Source of the DNA: Aliivibrio fischeri ES114
Lineage (GTDB): Bacteria; Pseudomonadota; Gammaproteobacteria; Enterobacterales; Vibrionaceae
Assembly: GCF_000011805.1 (NCBI RefSeq)
Contig: NC_006840.2
Length of the DNA: 32,000 nucleotides
Strand: one strand, 5' to 3'
The position numbers and the translations under genes are program-made. The notes under the pieces were generated by a model. The model was not told where the DNA came from. It saw nothing but the letters and a program-made list of their open reading frames with translations, and made no database searches. This document shows positions 27,191 through 32,000 of this stretch, in pieces (within the stretch, counting starts at the first letter, position 1; the number at the start of each line of letters is the position of its first letter).

Positions 27191-29206
27191 TCATTCTTCA
27201 ACAGGGTGAATCAAGCCACGGGTTCGCCATCTGTTATTATTAACTAGCGAATCAAATGGCTCATCATTGGATAATGCCAAATTATCTGCATGATCTGTTA
27301 CTATAATTTGCGGGCTAAAGCCGTAATTTCTTTTTAATTCATTACAGTAAATTGAGAGTTGACTAAATAAGTTTTCAACAGCTTTTATGTCTTCATCAAT
27401 AGGTCTATCTTTATTTGTTCTTTGATTTTCTTCCTTACTTTTTTGCTCTTCGAAACTATTAGAGTTATCACGAGAGAAATCTGGGAAATATACTTGTGTC
27501 GGTTGATCCAGAAACAATATCGAAGGAATAGAACATTTATCACCCAATTCAACAAAATACTTATGTAATGCCAAAAATAAAGTTATGTGACAATATAACC
27601 AATTTGCACCACTTCCCATTGATCGTAAGTAGATTTTTTCATTCTCGGTCGTTAAATGATAAAGATCAAATGTTTCAAATGAAAAATGAAGGTTGATAGG
27701 TTTATAGCTCGCTTCAAACGCAAAATGCCTACCAATTTCAATCATATATTCGTTTACCTTAGCTGATGCACGTTCTAAACCTTTTTGCACATCATATTTT
27801 TTCAGAGCTTCATTAATTTTCTTGAGCTGTCCACCAATCTTTTTGATCTCCTTTTCAAGCTCAACATCGTCGGCCATATTAAGAGTGTCAATAATTGCGA
27901 ATAACTTTGCCTTTTGTATTATGATGCTTTCATACAGAGTCTTTTGTTCCGCTATTTGTTTATTTGTTTTCTCGATATTTATTATTTGTTGATTTAGTTC
28001 TGTTAAATCCTTACTGACAACATCAATATGACGCTGTACATCGACTAATGAAGATTCAAACTTTGCCTTCATTGGACGAGCTTGAGCAAGATTACCCGAT
28101 ATCTTCGTGATAGCCTGTTGTAGTCTTTCTGCGCTTTGTCGTAAACTGTCTTTTTTAGTATGACAAAATGGACAAACCGAAGTCGAAATATGTGCATGCT
28201 TAGGTGAACTAAATTGTTTTACATTATCGACAAAAAGTTCTTCTTCTTGAATGTGCTTATTAATTGACGATACTTGACGCTGCAACTTCCGCAATTCAGC
28301 ATTTTTTTGATTTCTTGTAAGAGTTAACTGATTGTATAGTTGTGCAGACGCATCCGAATTATAATTAATTTTCTCAGGAACTATAATTCCATCAAGCCGC
28401 TCTTTCGCATCTTGTGGATGATGAAGTATTTTATCTAATGATAATGGTTCATATTTAAACCCCATCAAAGCATACATCTGTCTCAATACCGGACTGACTT
28501 TTTGTTTATAATTTTCTGATGTACGCTTATTTGTTTCTTTTTGGCGCTCTAAACGCCTAACTTCTGACGCAATTCGTTCTTTTTCTTGTGATAAATGAAA
28601 GAATTTTTGATCAACAAGACCTAAAAAAATCTTTGTGTGTTCAATAGCCTGATCTCGCTTTTCTTTCTCATCAAATCGATAAAATAACGCATGTTTGTTA
28701 GCAATAAGATTTTGATGTTGAAGAATAAACGATGAAAAACTACGCACCGATGGAGTTGGAGATTTTTGGTTAAATTTCCGATTAAATCGAGCAACTAAAG
28801 ATTCATCGACATCATCGATATCTAAGAAAAACGTTCTTAAATGCTTTTTAAACTCACTCAGTGGTCGAAAATAACTAGTATTAAAATAGTCTTGGTCAAT
28901 ATCTTTAGAATCAAATGCTTCAACACGACGAAAAAAACCTTTCGACGCAATAACAGGATCACGAGCAATTATCATATCCTGCCCGTTAACTGCAAGTGCA
29001 ACATAATAAATAGCAGCTTTAGTTGTAATAATCCCTTTGGGGATTGTATTTTCGCCACTACCAAAACAATAATCAAAAATTTCAATTAAAGCACTTTTAC
29101 CTGTAGAGGATTTACCTGTAACAACGTTAAGCCCAACCTTAAAATTAACAGGGTGTTTTTTACCTTGTTTATCAATAACCCCAATTTCATGAATAAGTGT
29201 ATTCAT
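27191..29206 (-). CDS. ABC/SMC-like ATPase, DUF3732 type, of an ABC-three-component system
   Basis: Walker A VTGKSSTGKSALIEIFDYCFG; long coiled coil interrupted by CPFC (28163-28174); signature YLRSMGSGANWL; Walker B SILFLDQPTQVYFPDF; H-loop IIVTDHADNL. Confidence 0.88.
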   Translation of the reverse strand: MNTLIHEIGVIDKQGKKHPVNFKVGLNVVTGKSSTGKSALIEIFDYCFGSGENTIPKGIITTKAAIYYVALAVNGQDMIIARDPVIASKGFFRRVEAFDSKDIDQDYFNTSYFRPLSEFKKHLRTFFLDIDDVDESLVARFNRKFNQKSPTPSVRSFSSFILQHQNLIANKHALFYRFDEKEKRDQAIEHTKIFLGLVDQKFFHLSQEKERIASEVRRLERQKETNKRTSENYKQKVSPVLRQMYALMGFKYEPLSLDKILHHPQDAKERLDGIIVPEKINYNSDASAQLYNQLTLTRNQKNAELRKLQRQVSSINKHIQEEELFVDNVKQFSSPKHAHISTSVCPFCHTKKDSLRQSAERLQQAITKISGNLAQARPMKAKFESSLVDVQRHIDVVSKDLTELNQQIINIEKTNKQIAEQKTLYESIIIQKAKLFAIIDTLNMADDVELEKEIKKIGGQLKKINEALKKYDVQKGLERASAKVNEYMIEIGRHFAFEASYKPINLHFSFETFDLYHLTTENEKIYLRSMGSGANWLYCHITLFLALHKYFVELGDKCSIPSILFLDQPTQVYFPDFSRDNSNSFEEQKSKEENQRTNKDRPIDEDIKAVENLFSQLSIYCNELKRNYGFSPQIIVTDHADNLALSNDEPFDSLVNNNRWRTRGLIHPVEE

Positions 29207-29667
29207 CGTGGTTTTACTCCTAAAAATGCATAAACCTCAACCACTGAGTGCCCACAAAATAATCGCCCTAACTTTTCTGCACTTTTTTGATAGATAAAAG
29301 CTACATCAGAACATTCACTTTTACGAATAGATAAATCTTCTTCATCTACCAATAACCAATCATTGACTAAGCAATATTGAATACACTGTTCAGTTAAGGT
29401 TTGAAATCCATCAATTCGCTCCTGCAAATCGTAGAATTTGGAACGGTCTTCGAAAATTGACCAAATAGAACTTCGTCTTTTATCTCCAAATACAGCTCCC
29501 GAAATTTTTTTCCGAAAATCAGGATGACTACACAATGGGATGACCAAAGGAGCAAACAAAAGATTATTTTCAGACTCGTCAATTGCAGTATAAAAAGAAG
29601 CTAAGTAAGAACTATATTCAAATGGATTGTATTTTAATTCGTACAAAGCATCGACAATACTACTCAT
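29203..29667 (-). CDS. Middle component (small wHTH-like) of an ABC-three-component system
   Basis: 154 aa, NPFEYSSYLASFYTAI...LLFAPLVIPLCSHPDFRKKISG pattern; 4-nt overlaps on both sides with the ATPase and nuclease-type genes. Confidence 0.75.
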   Translation of the reverse strand: MSSIVDALYELKYNPFEYSSYLASFYTAIDESENNLLFAPLVIPLCSHPDFRKKISGAVFGDKRRSSIWSIFEDRSKFYDLQERIDGFQTLTEQCIQYCLVNDWLLVDEEDLSIRKSECSDVAFIYQKSAEKLGRLFCGHSVVEVYAFLGVKPR

Positions 29668-30788
29668 ATCTCAACCTTCCATTTCAAATTTCGAGATTCA
29701 TCATCCATTGCGTCATGTAGCAAACCATTTTTGTATTCAATTGGAGGAATATCATTACCCATATTCAAAGGCTGCTCTCCCATAATTTTGTTATATAGTA
29801 ACTTTGAGTTTTTAATAACATCAATTGCTTCAAGTTGTGCACTTGAATAAGCAATCTTATATTTTTTAACCAATTGGTTTTGATAAACATTCGTTTTATC
29901 TCTATACAATGGATATTCGTCTAACTCTTCAAAAAGTGAATTTTGCAATTCAAGCCAATTACCTACAGCATCTGCTATCATTTCATCGTGCTCTATTTCA
30001 TAAATTTTTTGGACAAAAGGCTTATCTTGATGTAATCCGATTTCAAGTTCAGACGCTTCATAGCCTGAAAAAACTGGAAAAGTGAACTCTTTTTTACAAA
30101 AAAGAGCTGTTAATTCTTCACACTTTGTAATGAATGCATGTTGGCTGACAACCCACGACTTCTGCGTTGCCTGTGCATAAACAAAACCAACTAAGTTATT
30201 AAGGTAACTACCTAAATTATTCTTCGGAACACCAATAAGCTTAGAAAAAATCATTTTTTCTAATACTTGAACGTTATCAGCTTGTGTAAACAAAGTAACT
30301 TTACCAAGTAAATTTTCTCGTAAAGTTTTATCCGAACTCATAACTGCTCGCTGTAATTTAATAATTTGAGACGATTTGCCCCTATCAAGCAAATCCTCTT
30401 TACGTTCTGAAAAAATAGCCTCAAGTACTCCCATACGTTGATCGACTGTTTGTGTATTCCAGTCTTTTAGGCGAGTTTTTACTCCAAAAGCTTGAGTTGT
30501 ATGAAGCACTAAAAGGCCATATTGTGTATGGTCAAATTCTGGTTCCAACCAATTCTTGAGCGTTTTCCACAGGTTTTCATGATGATCAGTTAGCGGCGCG
30601 GCGTAATTTTTCACTTCAATTTGACAAGATGTAGAAGCATTTGATGAAAGTAGGCTCACATCACCATCCTTTTCAAACCAGACGGATTGACCTTCTTCAA
30701 GAGAAAAACACTTATCCAAACCAATCAGCACTTGATAATGAAAGGCTAATGCCGTTGTTAAGGCTGCATTTTTAGTTTGTCCTTTCAT
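29664..30788 (-). CDS. ABC-three-component system effector-type protein with N-terminal PD-(D/E)xK/Cap4 (DUF4297)-like domain
   Basis: ALAFHYQVLIGLDKCF...VWFEKDGDVSLLSSNASTSCQIEVKNYAAPLTDHHENLWKTLKNW: E39/D43/E58-x-K60 pattern; 374 aa; first gene of the operon. Confidence 0.75.
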   Translation of the reverse strand: MKGQTKNAALTTALAFHYQVLIGLDKCFSLEEGQSVWFEKDGDVSLLSSNASTSCQIEVKNYAAPLTDHHENLWKTLKNWLEPEFDHTQYGLLVLHTTQAFGVKTRLKDWNTQTVDQRMGVLEAIFSERKEDLLDRGKSSQIIKLQRAVMSSDKTLRENLLGKVTLFTQADNVQVLEKMIFSKLIGVPKNNLGSYLNNLVGFVYAQATQKSWVVSQHAFITKCEELTALFCKKEFTFPVFSGYEASELEIGLHQDKPFVQKIYEIEHDEMIADAVGNWLELQNSLFEELDEYPLYRDKTNVYQNQLVKKYKIAYSSAQLEAIDVIKNSKLLYNKIMGEQPLNMGNDIPPIEYKNGLLHDAMDDESRNLKWKVEI

Positions 30789-31073
30789 GCCTTTCTAGTC
30801 CTCATATTCATTTATAAAATTGTATTGAATTTTTAATTACAGGCAAACAACATTGTGCAACCATAAATGCCTACACCCTACGGTCTCCAAACTAAGCCAT
30901 CTTACCGCACGACCGCATATTCCTTCTACAAATAACAGAGCAAATCCACCACCATTTTTCAAAACTGCTTATAAATTCACAAAAGTTAACTTGGCTCAAA
31001 TACAGTCCGTTATTTATTACGCTAGACTACAGCTAATTTTCGAGTCACTTCACACTTTATCTGGCCGTACATA

Positions 31074-32000
31074 ATGACTTCATGGATTCTTTCAACAAAC
31101 CCGATTGCTCGTCTCTTTAAAAAAGAAGCGGTTGTAACAATAGATAATGATGGAATACGTATTGTTCAGGCCGAAAATGAAACCATCATTAAATGGGATC
31201 AACTAGATTCCCCACCCAATCTTTCACTTTCTATTGATGGCGGTTGTTTAACGTTTATCTCGCAAGGAAAAAACCATCGCTACCGAATGTTGGGATATTT
31301 TACGCCTTTTAAATACGCCAAGCGTTTCTTTCCCTTCTGGGCGAATCAAAATGCAGAACGTTTACAAGATTTTCTCAGTGATGCTTACATTCAGTGCACA
31401 TCAACGTTTCTTAGAGACTCTTCGATAGAAAATATCCGTGCAGTAGTACGTAATGAAATTAAACGATGGAAAGGTTGGGATAAGGTTGAAGGATTATCTG
31501 AGCTTGCGCATAAAACGGTAACTCAACTTACCAATATTCATCATTGGTCGTCAGCTGATATTGAGAAGATTCGCCAACGCTATGTGAACAAGCAATTAGC
31601 TCAATACCAAACCTTTTTTGATAGCGTTGAATCTAACCCTTTAACCAATAGACAAAGAATCGCTTGTGTTACTGATAATGACAACAACCTCTTACTTGCT
31701 GGCGCAGGAACAGGTAAAACAAGCGTTATGATCGGTAAAGCTGGGTATTTGGTTAATAGCGGTAAAGCAAGCCCAAAGCAGATCTTAATGCTCGCTTATG
31801 GTCGAATTGCTGCTCAAGAAATGAATGAGCGAATCAAAGAAAAACTGGGCTTTGATGATGTAAAAGCGAGTACCTTTCACAGCCTTGGTGTAAAAATAAT
31901 CTCTGAAGTAGAAGGCAAAGCCCCTAGCCTATCTAAGCTTGAAGATAATCCAAAAGTTAAAGCCAAATGGATGCACGATGAGATTGAAATTCTTATGCGT
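31074..32000 (+). CDS. helD: DNA helicase IV, N-terminal part (runs off the window)
   Basis: Manual translation MTSWILSTNPIARLFKKEAVVTIDNDG...LLLAGAGTGKTSVMIGKAGYLVNSGKASPKQILMLAYGRIAAQEMNERIKEKLG...STFHSLG: UvrD-type helicase with HelD N-terminal region. Confidence 0.9.
   Translation, partial: MTSWILSTNPIARLFKKEAVVTIDNDGIRIVQAENETIIKWDQLDSPPNLSLSIDGGCLTFISQGKNHRYRMLGYFTPFKYAKRFFPFWANQNAERLQDFLSDAYIQCTSTFLRDSSIENIRAVVRNEIKRWKGWDKVEGLSELAHKTVTQLTNIHHWSSADIEKIRQRYVNKQLAQYQTFFDSVESNPLTNRQRIACVTDNDNNLLLAGAGTGKTSVMIGKAGYLVNSGKASPKQILMLAYGRIAAQEMNERIKEKLGFDDVKASTFHSLGVKIISEVEGKAPSLSKLEDNPKVKAKWMHDEIEILMR

Noticed and set aside
28841-29089. Plus-strand ORF within the ATPase gene (and similarly 29394..29582)
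   Set aside because: Antisense to well-supported coding sequence with recognisable motifs; no sign of independent coding.
30853-31074. 73-aa plus-strand ORF between the ABC-3C operon and helD
   Set aside because: Low-complexity composition, no convincing RBS, and it occupies the expected promoter region of both flanking transcripts.
1-32000. CRISPR array, retron, transposase, integrase or tRNA/rRNA genes
   Set aside because: Looked for regularly spaced repeats, cas/RT/transposase-like proteins and cloverleaf-like regions and saw none; this was by eye, so CRISPRCasFinder, tRNAscan-SE and an IS search should confirm.

Overview
The window looks like a Vibrionaceae chromosomal segment, probably Aliivibrio-like judging by protein style (inference only). 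From left to right it contains: the tail of an outer-membrane beta-barrel gene; small lipoprotein or secreted hypotheticals; an RhlE-type DEAD-box helicase; an MTH1187-family protein; a solitary HigA/NadS-like antitoxin with its own palindromic operator; a complete ribose operon rbsDACBKR with a LacI-type mirrored operator; a signal-peptide-bearing ATP-dependent DNA ligase (LigE-like) divergent from an ExeM/NucH extracellular nuclease; a MATE transporter; a coiled-coil membrane protein; a tandem glycine riboswitch upstream of an AGCS Na+/alanine-glycine symporter; an MscS channel; a LysE/RhtB exporter; an M32 carboxypeptidase; a threonine-synthase-like PLP enzyme paired with a RidA protein and a convergent LysR regulator; a three-gene overlapping operon; and the start of DNA helicase IV (helD). 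The most interesting element is the three-gene operon at 27191-30788 (minus strand). It encodes a PD-(D/E)xK/Cap4 (DUF4297)-like nuclease-type protein, a small middle component and a DUF3732-type ABC/SMC-like ATPase. This layout matches the ABC-three-component (ABC-3C) class of predicted conflict/anti-phage systems. The family is already described computationally; whether this particular variant is new cannot be decided from sequence alone.
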